Below, in pieces: positions 1 through 11,031 of a stretch of DNA of 64,000 nucleotides. The notes beneath the pieces are model-generated. The model was not told the DNA's origin. It worked only from the letters and a program-made list of their open reading frames with translations, and ran no database searches. Position numbers and translations under genes: made by a program. The stretch lies in the NCBI GenBank assembly GCA_041483135.1, contig JBGPFE010000019.1, forward strand, positions 171-64,170, written 5' to 3'. This stretch comes from Gammaproteobacteria bacterium. GTDB lineage: Bacteria > Pseudomonadota > Gammaproteobacteria > Burkholderiales > SG8-41. Position 1 is the first letter of the stretch, and the number at the start of each line of letters is the position of its first letter.

Positions 1-17
1 ACTATGGATTCACCTCT

Positions 18-230
18 GTGTCGGACAACATGTTCGAGGCGCTTCAGAGGGCCGCTACTCTAGCGGTGCTCGTCCGTGAGTTCGGTCCGAAGATTGCCGA
101 GGTCGCCAATCTCGTGGGCAAGCAGGAGATGCACCGAGATTTGCAGATCTTGCTGCGTTTCTTCGAACACGAACGGTCCCTTTTTGATGACGGTATTAGG
201 GCGGTACAGAAGTTGGCCGCCGATCTCTGA
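18..230 (+). CDS. hypothetical protein, possibly the 3' end of a gene starting left of the window
   Basis: Frame is open from nt 3 to the GTG at 18; no recognisable motif; lies in a lower-GC (~50-55%) stretch. Confidence 0.25.
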   Translation: MSDNMFEALQRAATLAVLVREFGPKIAEVANLVGKQEMHRDLQILLRFFEHERSLFDDGIRAVQKLAADL

Positions 231-259
231 TCTGAGATTTTGCAAGAGCGAACACGGCT

Positions 260-574
260 ATGGGCGCAATGGAATATGTGTCTGGGACTGCTGCGACCCT
301 TCTCGTTCTCGTCATGGTCATTGCCATACATGGCGTTGGCCGCGGACTTTTGGTCTTGATTGCGCTACCCGTTTTAACCGTTGGCGGCATGTTCCTTTCG
401 TTATGGCTTATCGGGAAGACTGGGATCCTAAAGGGTCACCCGGGGTGGCATTGGTTTGCGTCTGGGGTAGCCTTATTGGTATTTTTCGAATTTCTAAACC
501 ACATAGAAGGTCGCCTACGGAAGTCGGGCTTCTTTGAGAAACTTCGCTCGTGGTTTGCCAACCGCTCTCATTGA
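260..574 (+). CDS. hypothetical small membrane protein (about 3 hydrophobic segments)
   Basis: 104-aa ORF 30 nt after the previous ORF; hydrophobic runs AATLLVLVMVIAI, LLVLIALPVLTVGGMFLSLWLI, WFASGVALLVFF; family not recognised. Confidence 0.35.
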   Translation: MGAMEYVSGTAATLLVLVMVIAIHGVGRGLLVLIALPVLTVGGMFLSLWLIGKTGILKGHPGWHWFASGVALLVFFEFLNHIEGRLRKSGFFEKLRSWFANRSH

Positions 575-851
575 CGCCGGCGTCTAACCTGGCGCCGCAC
601 GCGGACGCCGGCGATCGCACCGCGCAACGCCGGTTACTTCCACGTTAAGGCAGTCTCAAGACTTCCGACCAGTGCCCGGATTTGCCCGGCACGGGGAGCC
701 AACCATAACTCGAACTTGCGCGGTTACGTTCCTGAACAAGCAGTGAGTGAATGACCGCAATTGGCCATTTCCAGCCATTCAAAAAACGCTACGGACCTGG
801 CTTGCCCGAATAGACTCGGTCAGATGAGGTCCGAACTATTACGGATGGATA

Positions 852-3467
852 TTACAGTCGCTGTTCGACCCAGTCTTTCACGCTGGCGAGCGCCGCCGGA
901 AGCTTCGCTGGATCATTACCCCCCGCCTGCGCCATGTCCGCGCGGCCACCGCCTTTGCCGCCGACCTGCTGCGCGACGAAATTGACGAGCTCACCGGCTT
1001 TGACCTTGGCGGTGAGATCGGAGCTCACGCCGGCGATCAGCGTCACCTTGCCGTTGTCAGTTGAAGCCAGCACCAGCACGCAAGACTTGAGCTTGTCTTT
1101 CAACTTGTCCATCGCTTCGCGCAACGCTTTCGCATCGGCGCCGTCTATCGTTGCCGCGAGCACTTTAGCGCCTTTGACATCGACCGCTTCAGTTGCGAGG
1201 TCATCGCCCTGAGAGCTGGCGAGCTTAGATTTCAAACGCGCGAGTTCCTTCTCGAGGTTTTTCACATTGTCGACGATCTGGCCGATTTTCTGCGTCACTT
1301 CCTGCGCCGGCGCCTTGAGCGCCGCCGCCGCCTGCTGCAGATTGGCTTCCTGCTGCTGCACCCACGCGAGCGCTCCGTCGGCGGTCACCGCCTCGATGCG
1401 CCGCACGCCGGCCGCGATGCCGGTCTCCGACACCACCTTGAAGAACCCGATGTCGCCGGTGCGCTTGACGTGCGTGCCGCCGCACAGCTCGGTCGAGAAA
1501 TCGCCCATCCTGAGCACGCGCACCTCGTCGCCGTATTTTTCTCCGAACAGCGCCATCGCGCCCGACTTGATCGCCTCGTCGTATTTCATCACGCGCGCTT
1601 CGACGGGCACGTTGCGGCGGATTTCCTGATTGACGAGCTTTTCGATCTCGCGGATCTGCTGCTCGGAGAGCGGCTCGTTGTGCGAGTAGTCGAAGCGCGT
1701 GCGGTCGGGATCGACCAGCGAGCCCTTCTGCTGCACGTGGGACCCTAGCACCTTGCGCAGCGCGGCGTGCATCAAATGCGTCGCCGAGTGGTTGTAGGCA
1801 GCGCGCGCGCGCGCCATGGTATCCACTTTCGCTTCGACCGCGTCGCCGACTGCGAGCCTGCCGGTATGCAGCACGCCGTGATGGCCGAATACTTCAGCCC
1901 GGATTTTCTGCGTGTCGCTGACATGGAACGTGCCGCGGCTCGCCACCAGCTGCCCGCGGTCGCCGACCTGGCCGCCGGACTCGGCGTAGAACGGCGTTTT
2001 ATCGAGCACGATCACAGCGCTGTCGCCCGCCTCGATGGCGGGCACTGCCGTGCCTTCCTTGTAGAGCGCAACGATCCTGCCTTCGAGCGTCAGGGCGTCG
2101 TAACCGCGGAATTCGGTTTTCTGGCCGTTGTATTCGACCGCGCCCTGCACGCTGAATTTCGACGCGGCACGCGCCTTCGTGCGCTGTTCATCCATCGCCG
2201 CCTCGAATCCGGCGTAATCGACGCGCACGCCGCGCTCGCGCGCAATGTCGGCTGTGAGATCGACCGGGAAGCCGAAGGTGTCGTAGAGCTGGAACACGGT
2301 CTCGCCCTCGAGCATCTTGTCTTCGCGGGTGAGCGCGCCCTCCAGCACCTTCATGCCGTTCTCGAGTGTATCGGCGAAACGCTCCTCTTCCTGCTTCAGC
2401 ACCTGCGCAACGCGTTCGCGTGCGCCCGTCAGCTCCGGATAAGCCTCGCCCATCGCCTTCGCCAGATCGGGAACGATCTTGTAAAAGAAAGGCCGCTTCT
2501 GCCCGAGCTTGTAGCCGTGGCGGATCGCGCGGCGGACAATCCGGCGCAGTACATAGCCGCGCCCTTCGTTGCCCGGGATCACGCCATCGACGATCAGGAA
2601 CGCGCAGGCGCGGATGTGATCGGCAACCACCTTGAGCGAATTGCTGGAGAGGTCCTTGCAATGCGTTTCGCGCGCCGCCGCCTTGATCAGGTCCTGGAAC
2701 AGGTCGATTTCGTAGTTGGAGTGCACGCCCTGCAGCACCGCGGCGATGCGCTCGAGCCCCATGCCGGTGTCGACCGACGGCCTGGGCAGCGGATTGAGTC
2801 GGCCGGTCTCGTCGCGGTTGAACTGCATGAACACCAGGTTCCAGATTTCGATGTAGCGGTCGCCGTCGGCTGCCGGCGTTCCGGGCGGGCCGCCCGCAAC
2901 CCCGGGCCCGTGGTCGTAGAAGATCTCGCTGCACGGCCCGCACGGGCCGGTCTCGCCCATCTGCCAGAAATTGTCGCTCTGGTACTGCGGGCCGCCCGGC
3001 TTGTCGCCGATGCGAGCGACGCGGTTGCGCGGCACCCTGATCTCGTTGGCCCACACGTTGTACGCCTCGTCGTCGGTCTCGTAGACCGTGACCCACAGCT
3101 TGTCCTTCGGCAGCTTGTAGATGCCGGTCAGCAGCTCCCACGCGAAATGGATCGCATCGCGCTTGAAATAGTCGCCGAAGCTGAAATTGCCGAGCATTTC
3201 GAAGAACGTGTGATGGCGCGCGGTGTAGCCGACGTTCTCGAGGTCGTTATGCTTGCCGCCGGCCCGCACGCAGCGTTGCGCCGTGGTGGCGCGCACGTAA
3301 TTGCGTTTGTCCTGGCCAAGAAAGACATCCTTGAACTGGACCATGCCGGAATTGGTGAACAAGAGCGTCGGATCGTTGCCGGGAACGAGCGGGCTCGAAG
3401 CCACGATGGTGTGGCCTTTGCTCTTGAAGTAATCGAGGAATTGCTGGCGAATCGCGGCGGATTTCAT
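852..3467 (-). CDS. alaS: alanine--tRNA ligase
   Basis: 871-aa ORF; [19 protein letters not shown]...[16 protein letters not shown]-terminus, editing-domain [12 protein letters not shown] and CGGTHV motifs typical of AlaRS. Confidence 0.97.
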   Translation of the reverse strand: MKSAAIRQQFLDYFKSKGHTIVASSPLVPGNDPTLLFTNSGMVQFKDVFLGQDKRNYVRATTAQRCVRAGGKHNDLENVGYTARHHTFFEMLGNFSFGDYFKRDAIHFAWELLTGIYKLPKDKLWVTVYETDDEAYNVWANEIRVPRNRVARIGDKPGGPQYQSDNFWQMGETGPCGPCSEIFYDHGPGVAGGPPGTPAADGDRYIEIWNLVFMQFNRDETGRLNPLPRPSVDTGMGLERIAAVLQGVHSNYEIDLFQDLIKAAARETHCKDLSSNSLKVVADHIRACAFLIVDGVIPGNEGRGYVLRRIVRRAIRHGYKLGQKRPFFYKIVPDLAKAMGEAYPELTGARERVAQVLKQEEERFADTLENGMKVLEGALTREDKMLEGETVFQLYDTFGFPVDLTADIARERGVRVDYAGFEAAMDEQRTKARAASKFSVQGAVEYNGQKTEFRGYDALTLEGRIVALYKEGTAVPAIEAGDSAVIVLDKTPFYAESGGQVGDRGQLVASRGTFHVSDTQKIRAEVFGHHGVLHTGRLAVGDAVEAKVDTMARARAAYNHSATHLMHAALRKVLGSHVQQKGSLVDPDRTRFDYSHNEPLSEQQIREIEKLVNQEIRRNVPVEARVMKYDEAIKSGAMALFGEKYGDEVRVLRMGDFSTELCGGTHVKRTGDIGFFKVVSETGIAAGVRRIEAVTADGALAWVQQQEANLQQAAAALKAPAQEVTQKIGQIVDNVKNLEKELARLKSKLASSQGDDLATEAVDVKGAKVLAATIDGADAKALREAMDKLKDKLKSCVLVLASTDNGKVTLIAGVSSDLTAKVKAGELVNFVAQQVGGKGGGRADMAQAGGNDPAKLPAALASVKDWVEQRL

Positions 3468-3500
3468 GGTCGGCGGATCGATTTTCCGGACATCTCATGC

Positions 3501-3518
3501 AATCAATAGTCATTGATT
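3501..3518. promoter_or_regulatory. 18-bp palindrome AATCAAT-AGTC-ATTGATT in the alaS upstream region
   Basis: Perfect 7-bp inverted repeat with a 4-nt spacer, 34-51 nt upstream of the alaS ATG in the divergent alaS/methyltransferase gap. Confidence 0.3.
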
Positions 3519-3600
3519 TTCGCCGGAATTGCCGCTTGATGCAACACGCGCCGCGCGTGTTATGCTGCGCCGTTCAAATCGGCCATCAATCATTTGCTCC

Positions 3601-4680
3601 ATGCTGCTCGATCTGCTGAAAAGAGCGCTGCCCAGGCGGTTCGTGCAGAACAGCGCAGCCGCAACTCGGGGCCCCGGTATTTCGCTCGCGACCGCCCTCG
3701 CTGCTTATGAGGTTGGCGATCTCGACGCCGCGGACCGCGCAGTCGGTTTGGTTCTGGCGACGGAGCCTGACAACGCGCGTGCGTTCCACGCGCGCGGGCT
3801 GATCGAGTACCGGCGCCGCAATTTCCCCGCTTCACTCGCGGCATTCCGCCGCGCAGTCGCGCTTGCACCCGGCAATGCCGACTACCACTACCACGTTGCA
3901 GCCTGCCGGGGCGCCCTCGGCGATACCGCGCAAGCGTGGCGGGATTGCGAGGCGGCACTCGCGCTGCGATTCGATCACCTGCCCACCCAGCATCTCATGG
4001 CGCAGATCGCGTTGCCCGGCCGCAATTACATGGAGGTGCTCGCCGACATCCACCGCCACCTCAAGCCGCGCACCTACCTCGAGATCGGCGTTGCGAGCGG
4101 AAAAACCATCGCCCTGGCGGACCGGGCGACCCTGGCGATCGGTGTCGATCCCGCACCCGAGATCGATCAACGCCTCGGCGCGAACGTCAGGATATTCACG
4201 CTGAAGAGCGACGATTTTTTCGCGCAGCATGACGTACCGAAGGAGTTCGGCGGCGGGCCGGTCGATCTTGCGTTCATCGACGGCATGCATCACTTCGAGT
4301 TTGCACTGCGTGATTTCGTGGCGATCGAGCGCTGCTGCTCGCCGCAATCGACAGTGCTGGTTCACGACTGCTATCCGCTCGACCTGCGTACCGCCGCGCG
4401 GGAACGCACCACCCAATTCTGGAGCGGCGATATCTGGCGGCTGGTGCTTGCGCTCAAGAAGTACCGGCGCGATCTCGCGATTCACACGATCGCCGCGCCC
4501 CCGACCGGCCTCGCCCTGATCCGCCGCCTCGATCCGGGTTCGCGCGTGCTGGCAGCACGGCTGGACGAAATAGCCGCCGAGTTCCTTGCGACCGATTATG
4601 GCGTGCTCGACGCCGACAAGGCCGGCACGCTGAACCTGTTCCCCAACGATTGGGAGCAGATCAAGGCGCTGCTCAATTAA
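3601..4680 (+). CDS. TPR repeat + class I SAM-dependent methyltransferase (Methyltransf_24/TylF-CmcI-like) fusion protein
   Basis: N-terminal TPR-like helices (ARAFHARGLIEYRRRNFPASLAAFRRAVALAPGNADYHY) and a C-terminal MT fold (YLEIGVASGKT ... DLAFIDGMHHFEFALRDF). Start moved to the ATG at 3601 (MLLDLLK); the ORF-track start at 3529 is an alternative. Confidence 0.8.
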   Translation: MLLDLLKRALPRRFVQNSAAATRGPGISLATALAAYEVGDLDAADRAVGLVLATEPDNARAFHARGLIEYRRRNFPASLAAFRRAVALAPGNADYHYHVAACRGALGDTAQAWRDCEAALALRFDHLPTQHLMAQIALPGRNYMEVLADIHRHLKPRTYLEIGVASGKTIALADRATLAIGVDPAPEIDQRLGANVRIFTLKSDDFFAQHDVPKEFGGGPVDLAFIDGMHHFEFALRDFVAIERCCSPQSTVLVHDCYPLDLRTAARERTTQFWSGDIWRLVLALKKYRRDLAIHTIAAPPTGLALIRRLDPGSRVLAARLDEIAAEFLATDYGVLDADKAGTLNLFPNDWEQIKALLN

Positions 4681-5029
4681 GCCGTCTGGTTTCCCTGACG
4701 TGCAGGCCCAGCGCCTGCCCGCCGATGATGGCCGTGCTCGTCACCGTGCCCTTGAGCGTCACCTTGTCATTGATTGCCGGCAGATTGCCCTGCGTGGTCA
4801 CGGAAATCTCGCCTGTGTCATCCTGCAACTCAAACTTTTTTAGTTCCACGATCGGCAGTCTGGTAATGTCCTTCACCTTGCCTTTGAGCTTGACCTCCTT
4901 GCCCTCGAAATTTGCCGGCGTGGCCACGATGTCCCTGATCGGGGTATAGCCAAAAGGCAGATAATCGCAACCCGCGAGCATTATCGCCGCGGGTATCGCG
5001 ACCGCTAAGAAGGCGTAGCGCTTAGTCAT
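4673..5029 (-). CDS. lipoprotein, probably OB-fold (BOF-like)
   Basis: MTKRYAFLAVAIPAAIMLAGC lipobox; GGAGGAG Shine-Dalgarno directly upstream of the tandem ATGs at 5032/5029; beta-rich KLKGKV/TLKGTV pattern. Confidence 0.7.
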   Translation of the reverse strand: MTKRYAFLAVAIPAAIMLAGCDYLPFGYTPIRDIVATPANFEGKEVKLKGKVKDITRLPIVELKKFELQDDTGEISVTTQGNLPAINDKVTLKGTVTSTAIIGGQALGLHVRETRRLN

Positions 5030-5466
5030 CATCTCCTCCCTGTTTGATAATCCGCAGTACCGTTTCCAGCGCAAAACCGCGGCCCTGCATGAACCTCACC
5101 TGCCGCGCACGTTCGGTCGAGTTGCGCGGCAGCGCGCCGAATTTTCTCAACCACACCGCGCGCGCCGCATCGAGTTCGCTGTCTTTCAACTGCAGCTCGG
5201 CGCCGGCGATCGCGGATTCCGAAACGCCTTTCTCGCGCAGCTCGTGCGCGATGCGCTGCGCGCCGAAGCGGCGGCGGCGTGACGCGAGCACCTGCTCGAC
5301 GACGCGGCTCTCCGACAGCCAGCCGCGGCGCTCGAAATCATCGAGTAGCTGCGGAATCTCGTCCGGATTTTCGGTCAGCGGAGACAGCTTGCGCGCGAGT
5401 TCCTGCCGCGAGTATTCGCGACGCGCGAGCATCGCGAGCGCCCGCGCGCGCAGGCTGCGCTCCGGT

Positions 5467-6492
<1,026 letters not shown>

Positions 6493-6641
6493 GATGTGTC
6501 CCATAAATACCCCCCGGATTATCTCACAGTCCTCTCACAGCAGGGATAACGCCGGGCGCGTGTCGCGGATGACGACTATGACTTTGGTAGTAGTGACTGT
6601 CGAAAGACTAGGACGAAGTCGGCGCTGAACGCGGGCAACAT

Positions 6642-6737
6642 AGTGAATGCGTGAAGGGTGAATGAGTGAACACCCCCACCCTGCCCCTCCCCCTTGACAA
6701 AGGGGGAAGGAACCCTTCACTCCTTCACTCCTTCACC
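6642..6737. repeat. heptamer-armed palindromic element, family A copy 1
   Basis: AGTGAATGCGTGAAGGGTGAATGAGTGAACACCCCC...CCCCTCCCCCTTGACAAAGGGGGAAGG...CCTTCACTCCTTCACTCCTTCACCC. Confidence 0.85.
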
Positions 6738-7220
6738 CAGCAGTTTGAGCACGCCGGTGAGCGCGCGTTCGACCGCTTGCCTGCGCACCGCCTCGCGGTC
6801 ACCCGCAAAATGCAGTGTCTCGGCAACCGGCTCGCCGTTCTTGAGCGCCCACGCGAGACACACCGTGCCGACCGGCTTCTCGGGCGTGCCGCCCGCCGGG
6901 CCGGCGATGCCGCTCACCGCGACCGCGACCTGGGCGTGACTCGCGGCAAGCGCGCCAGCCGCCATTTCCTTCACCGTATGCTCCGAGACTGCGCCGTGCT
7001 GTTCCAGCGTTCCCTCTTTGACGCCGAGCATTTCGCGCTTGGAAATGTAGGTATAAGTGATGAAACCGCGTTCGTACCAGTCGGAACTTCCCGGCACCAT
7101 GGTCACCGCCTCGCCGACCCAGCCGCCGGTGCACGATTCGGCGGTGACCAGCATCAGCGCGCGCGCTTTGAGCGCCGCGCCGACTTCCTCCGCGAGTTGG
7201 TATAAACGTTTATCGGTCAC
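6717..7220 (-). CDS. pncC: nicotinamide-nucleotide amidohydrolase (CinA C-terminal domain)
   Basis: LVTAESCTGGWVGEAVT and VAVSGIAGPAGG motifs; the last codons (GEGVKE) are encoded by the repeat arm. Confidence 0.9.
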   Translation of the reverse strand: MTDKRLYQLAEEVGAALKARALMLVTAESCTGGWVGEAVTMVPGSSDWYERGFITYTYISKREMLGVKEGTLEQHGAVSEHTVKEMAAGALAASHAQVAVAVSGIAGPAGGTPEKPVGTVCLAWALKNGEPVAETLHFAGDREAVRRQAVERALTGVLKLLGEGVKE

Positions 7221-7223
7221 GAT

Positions 7224-7751
7224 TCACCCCGGAAACAGTAGCCTGGCAATCGCCAGCACTAGCAGCGTGTAGCACGCCGCCAGCAAATCGTCGAACATCA
7301 CGCCAAAGCCGCTTTTCAATTTACGGTCGAAATAACGGATCGGCGGCGGTTTGAGGATATCAAACATACGGAACAGCAGGAACGCGATTCCCTGCCACAG
7401 GTAGCCGGCCGGTCCGATGAAAACCAGTACCAGCATGAACGCGACGATCTCGTCCCATACGATGGCGCCGTGGTCGGCAACACCGAGCGCGCTCCCGGTG
7501 CGCCCGCATGCCCATATACCGAGTGCAAAACCGAGCGCGGTCAGCGCGAGCAGTATCCAGTCCGTGGACATCGGCGCCAGCGCCCAATAAATCGGGAAGG
7601 CAAGCAGCGTGCCGGCCGTACCGGGCGCGCCCCGCACCAGCCCCGCGCCGGCGCCGAGCGCGATCACGTGCGCCGGATCGCGCAGCATGAAACGCGCCGT
7701 CGGGCGGACCTCCGTATCAGCCGAAATGGTCATAGCCTCCGCGCACGACAC
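7224..7751 (-). CDS. pgpA: phosphatidylglycerophosphatase A
   Basis: LRDPAHVIALGAGAGL...GTAGTL PgpA signature; multi-TM; alternative start at 7733. Confidence 0.88.
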   Translation of the reverse strand: MSCAEAMTISADTEVRPTARFMLRDPAHVIALGAGAGLVRGAPGTAGTLLAFPIYWALAPMSTDWILLALTALGFALGIWACGRTGSALGVADHGAIVWDEIVAFMLVLVFIGPAGYLWQGIAFLLFRMFDILKPPPIRYFDRKLKSGFGVMFDDLLAACYTLLVLAIARLLFPG

Positions 7752-8685
7752 GCAGCGCCGTGCCGTCGGGCGCGCGCACGATCAGCCGCGGCGCAGCCCG
7801 TGCACGCGCCTGAATGCGGCCGATTAGCGTAATCGCAACGCCGACGCGCCTACCGATGCGCATGACCCGCTCGCGCGCCCGGCGCGGCGCGGTAAAGCAC
7901 AGTTCGTAATCGTCGCCGCCCGCGAGCAGCGCGCCGCATGCGGCAACGCGATCGAGATATCGGCGCAGCACCTTCGATGCCGGCAGCGCAGCCAGCTCGA
8001 TTTCCGCGGCAACGCCGGAGCGTTCGAGGATGTGGCCGAGATCGGCGAGCAGGCCGTCCGAAATGTCAATTGCACCGCGGGCAACGCCGCGCAACGCGAG
8101 CCCCAGCGCGATGCGCGGTTGCGGCTGATGCAGTCGTGCGGCGCAGCGCCTGAGCTCCGCCGGCTCGAGGCGGATGCGCCGCTTGAGCGCCGCCAGCGCG
8201 AGCGCCGCGTCGCCGAGCGTGCCCGACACCCAGATGTCGTCGCCAGGGCGGGCGCCGTCGCGCCGCAACGCTTTGCCGCGCGGCACTTCACCCATGATCT
8301 GCACGCAGATGTTGAGCGGCCCGCGCGTGGTATCGCCGCCTACCAGATCAACGTCGAACCGGCGCGCGAGCGCCATGAAGCCGCGCGAAAATTCGCCGAG
8401 CCAGCGCGCGTCGGCGCGCGGCAAGGCGAGCGCGAGCATCGCCCAGCGCGGCGTCGCGCCCATCGCCGCCATGTCGGAGAGATTGACGGCGAGCGCCTTG
8501 TGGCCCAACCGGTAAGGATCGGCAGCGCGGAAAAAATGGCGGCCTGCCACCAGCATGTCGGCCGAGACCACGAGTTCGCAGCCGCGGCGCACGTTGACGA
8601 GCGCCGCGTCGTCGCCGACGCCGAGCACGGTATGCCGTGCGCGGTGAGTGAAGTAGCGCCGGATCAGCTCAAACTCTGAAATCAC
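7717..8685 (-). CDS. thiL: thiamine-monophosphate kinase
   Basis: MISEFELIRRYF...GVGDDAALV AIR-synthase-like N-terminus; thiL-pgpA synteny. Confidence 0.93.
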   Translation of the reverse strand: MISEFELIRRYFTHRARHTVLGVGDDAALVNVRRGCELVVSADMLVAGRHFFRAADPYRLGHKALAVNLSDMAAMGATPRWAMLALALPRADARWLGEFSRGFMALARRFDVDLVGGDTTRGPLNICVQIMGEVPRGKALRRDGARPGDDIWVSGTLGDAALALAALKRRIRLEPAELRRCAARLHQPQPRIALGLALRGVARGAIDISDGLLADLGHILERSGVAAEIELAALPASKVLRRYLDRVAACGALLAGGDDYELCFTAPRRARERVMRIGRRVGVAITLIGRIQARARAAPRLIVRAPDGTALRVVRGGYDHFG

Positions 8686-8691
8686 TGCCGG

Positions 8692-8940
8692 TCACGGCCG
8701 CTGGATAGGACCGGTGCCCTGCCCCTGCTTCCCGGCGTTGTCGGAGAGCCATTTCTGCTTCATCGAGTACGGAAAATAAAAATCGACCGCCGCGAACGCC
8801 AGGAAGACGATCGCGAGCGTGCGCGCGGTATCGGCCGGCAGGAACGACAGCCCTTCGATCAGCACATACAGCCCGAGCAGCGCGTTGATAATGCCGCCGA
8901 TGTAAAACGCGACTATGCGTTTCTTCAGCCTGTCATCCAT
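8692..8940 (-). CDS. small membrane protein (2 TM), function unknown
   Basis: MDDRLKKRIVAFYIGGIINALLGLYVLIEG...LAIVFLAFAAVDFYF; fits tightly between nusB and thiL. Confidence 0.5.
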   Translation of the reverse strand: MDDRLKKRIVAFYIGGIINALLGLYVLIEGLSFLPADTARTLAIVFLAFAAVDFYFPYSMKQKWLSDNAGKQGQGTGPIQRP

Positions 8941-8956
8941 GGCCAACCCCATTCCG

Positions 8957-9409
8957 TCATTTTCTTGCTACCTCGTGCGGCCGCTTGTCCGCAGCGAGCT
9001 TGTCGAGCACGCCGTTCACGTACTTGAAACCGTCGGTGCCGCCGTAACTCTTGGCCAGCTCGACCGCCTCGTTGATCACCACTTTATACGGCACCTCGGG
9101 CTGATTTTCCAGCTCGTATGCCGCAATCAGCAGGATCGCGCGCTCGACCGGACTCAATTGCGCGCACTTGCGGTCGAGATAAGGCTGCAGCGATTGCTCG
9201 AGCCGCTGCGCTTCGCGGATCGCGCCGGCGAGCAGCGCCGAAAAATAAGCGCGATCGGTCTTGTCGAAACCCCTGGCCGCGGACATCTGCTGCTCGATGG
9301 TCGCGGCGTCGGTGCCGGCGAGCTGCCATTGATAAAGGCCCTGCAGCGCGAATTCGCGCGAGCGGCGGCGGCTGCTTTTGCGCGCCGGTGATTCCTGCGG
9401 CCGGGTCAT
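8957..9409 (-). CDS. nusB: transcription antitermination factor NusB
   Basis: [15 protein letters not shown]...[11 protein letters not shown]; start moved to MTRPQ (9409) so it does not overlap ribH. Confidence 0.92.
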   Translation of the reverse strand: MTRPQESPARKSSRRRSREFALQGLYQWQLAGTDAATIEQQMSAARGFDKTDRAYFSALLAGAIREAQRLEQSLQPYLDRKCAQLSPVERAILLIAAYELENQPEVPYKVVINEAVELAKSYGGTDGFKYVNGVLDKLAADKRPHEVARK

Positions 9410-9440
9410 GCTGTGGCGCGCCGGCGGTTCTCTCGGCCGT

Positions 9441-9917
9441 TCATTTCTGGCCGAGCTCCCGGAGCAGGTTCGCCATCTCGACCGCGACCGCCGCACAGTC
9501 GGCGCCCTTCTGCATCATCCGCGCTTCGGCCTGGTCATCGTCGTCGGTGGTCAGGATGCCGTTGGCGACCGGCACGCCGGTATCGAGCTGCACCGTCATG
9601 ATGCCGCTCGCGGACTGGTTGGCGACGATTTCGAAGTGATAGGTTTCGCCGCGGATCACCGCGCCGAGCGCGATCAGCGCGTCGAAATTTCCGGTGTTGG
9701 CCAGCTTCTGCAGCACGAGCGGCGCTTCGAGCGCGCCGGGCACGTCAACGATCCTGATGTCGGGCCCGCGCACGCCGAGCTTCGCCAGCGCCGCCGTGCA
9801 GCCGGCAAGCAGGCCGTCGCTGACGTCGGCGTTGAAGCGTGCCACGACAATGCCGATGCGCAGGCCGGCGCCGCCCGCGCCGGCTTCGACTTCTTCGATG
9901 GAATCGTATTTCGCCAT
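9441..9917 (-). CDS. ribH: 6,7-dimethyl-8-ribityllumazine synthase
   Basis: [10 protein letters not shown]...VPGALE...[14 protein letters not shown]. Confidence 0.95.
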   Translation of the reverse strand: MAKYDSIEEVEAGAGGAGLRIGIVVARFNADVSDGLLAGCTAALAKLGVRGPDIRIVDVPGALEAPLVLQKLANTGNFDALIALGAVIRGETYHFEIVANQSASGIMTVQLDTGVPVANGILTTDDDDQAEARMMQKGADCAAVAVEMANLLRELGQK

Positions 9918-9926
9918 GCTCGCCGC

Positions 9927-11030
9927 CTACTTTTTCGTTCCGTTTTCCGGCTGCAAATAACCGGTCACCTGCAGATCGAATCCCGCCATGCTCGGCATTC
10001 TACGCGGCTTGGCCATGAGGCGCATTTTCTTGACCTTGAGATCGCGCAATATCTGCGCGCCGATGCCGTAAGTGCGCAGCGCGTTTTTCTGGGGCGCGGG
10101 GATCGCGCCCGGTTGCGCGCGTTCGAGCAGATCGGTTGCCGATTCCGGCCGATGCAGCAACACGATCACGCCGCACTCGGCCCGGCTCACCGCCGCCAGT
10201 GCCTGGCTGAAATTCCACGAGTGGCTCGCGCTGCGGGTATCAAGCAGGTCGATCACCGACAGCGGCTCGTGCACGCGCACCAGCACTTCGCTGTCGGGCT
10301 TGATCCTGCCCTTGACCAGCGCAAGGTGCGTCGCCTGGCCGATCTTGTCGCTGTAGACGATGAGCCGGAACCCGCCGTGCACGGTCTCGATGTCGCGCTC
10401 GGACACGCGGCTCACCAGCGACTCGGTGCGGCTGCGGTAATGAATCAGATCGGTAATGGTGCCGATTTTAATCTGGTGCTGCCCGGCGAACTCCATCAGG
10501 TCGGGCAACCGCGCCATCTCGCCGTTGTCCTTGAGCACCTCGCAGATCACCGCGGCGGGCGTCGTGCCCGCCAATTGCGCGAGATCGCAGCCGGCTTCGG
10601 TATGCCCGGCGCGCACCAGCACGCCGCCTTTCTGCGCCATCAGCGGGAAAACGTGGCCGGGTTGCACGATGTCAGCCGGACTCGCGTCGGCGCGCACCGC
10701 CGCCTGCACCGTGCGCGCGCGGTCGGCTGCCGAAATGCCGGTGGTCACGCCTTCGGCCGCCTCGATCGATACCGTGAAGGCCGTGCCAAGCGGCGAAGCG
10801 TTGTTCGCGACCATCAGTGGCAGGTTGAGCTGGCGGCATTTTTCCTCGGTCAGCGTGAGGCAGATGAGTCCGCGCCCATAGCGCGCCATGAAGTTGACAG
10901 CCTGGGCGGTGACGAAGTCGGCAGCGAGCACGAGATCGCCTTCGTTCTCGCGGTCTTCCTCGTCGACGAGAATCACCATCTTGCCGGCACCGATGTCGGC
11001 GATGATTTCGGTTATGGGACTGATTGCCAT
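9927..11030 (-). CDS. ribBA: bifunctional 3,4-dihydroxy-2-butanone-4-phosphate synthase / GTP cyclohydrolase II-like protein
   Basis: GKMVILVDEEDRENEGDLVLAADF (DHBP synthase) plus a C-terminal GCH-II-like half. Confidence 0.94.
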   Translation of the reverse strand: MAISPITEIIADIGAGKMVILVDEEDRENEGDLVLAADFVTAQAVNFMARYGRGLICLTLTEEKCRQLNLPLMVANNASPLGTAFTVSIEAAEGVTTGISAADRARTVQAAVRADASPADIVQPGHVFPLMAQKGGVLVRAGHTEAGCDLAQLAGTTPAAVICEVLKDNGEMARLPDLMEFAGQHQIKIGTITDLIHYRSRTESLVSRVSERDIETVHGGFRLIVYSDKIGQATHLALVKGRIKPDSEVLVRVHEPLSVIDLLDTRSASHSWNFSQALAAVSRAECGVIVLLHRPESATDLLERAQPGAIPAPQKNALRTYGIGAQILRDLKVKKMRLMAKPRRMPSMAGFDLQVTGYLQPENGTKK

Positions 11031-11031
11031 A

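Noticed and set aside
1767-3509. 580-aa ORF antisense to alaS. Similar long antisense ORFs occur at 9378-11177, 36048-37346, 38374-39930, 44043-46409, 50960-52102, 55615-57234 and 60357-61499.
   Set aside because: Each lies opposite a gene with unmistakable family motifs. Their translations are Arg/Ala/Gly/His-rich low-information sequence with no motifs. Long stop-free antisense frames are expected at about 65% GC.
6505-6641. LexA SOS box (CTGT-N8-ACAG) upstream of recA.
   Set aside because: No CTGT-N8-ACAG match is found on either strand of the recA upstream region. I cannot support an SOS operator call.
6666-7205. ORFs beginning MNTP(T/S)L.LPL(D/G).GG...LLHSFTPSP at 6666, 21255 and 28638. 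They look like a conserved small-protein family.
   Set aside because: The shared peptide is simply the translation of the family A palindromic DNA element. Downstream parts run antisense to real genes (pncC, esterase, CHAT).
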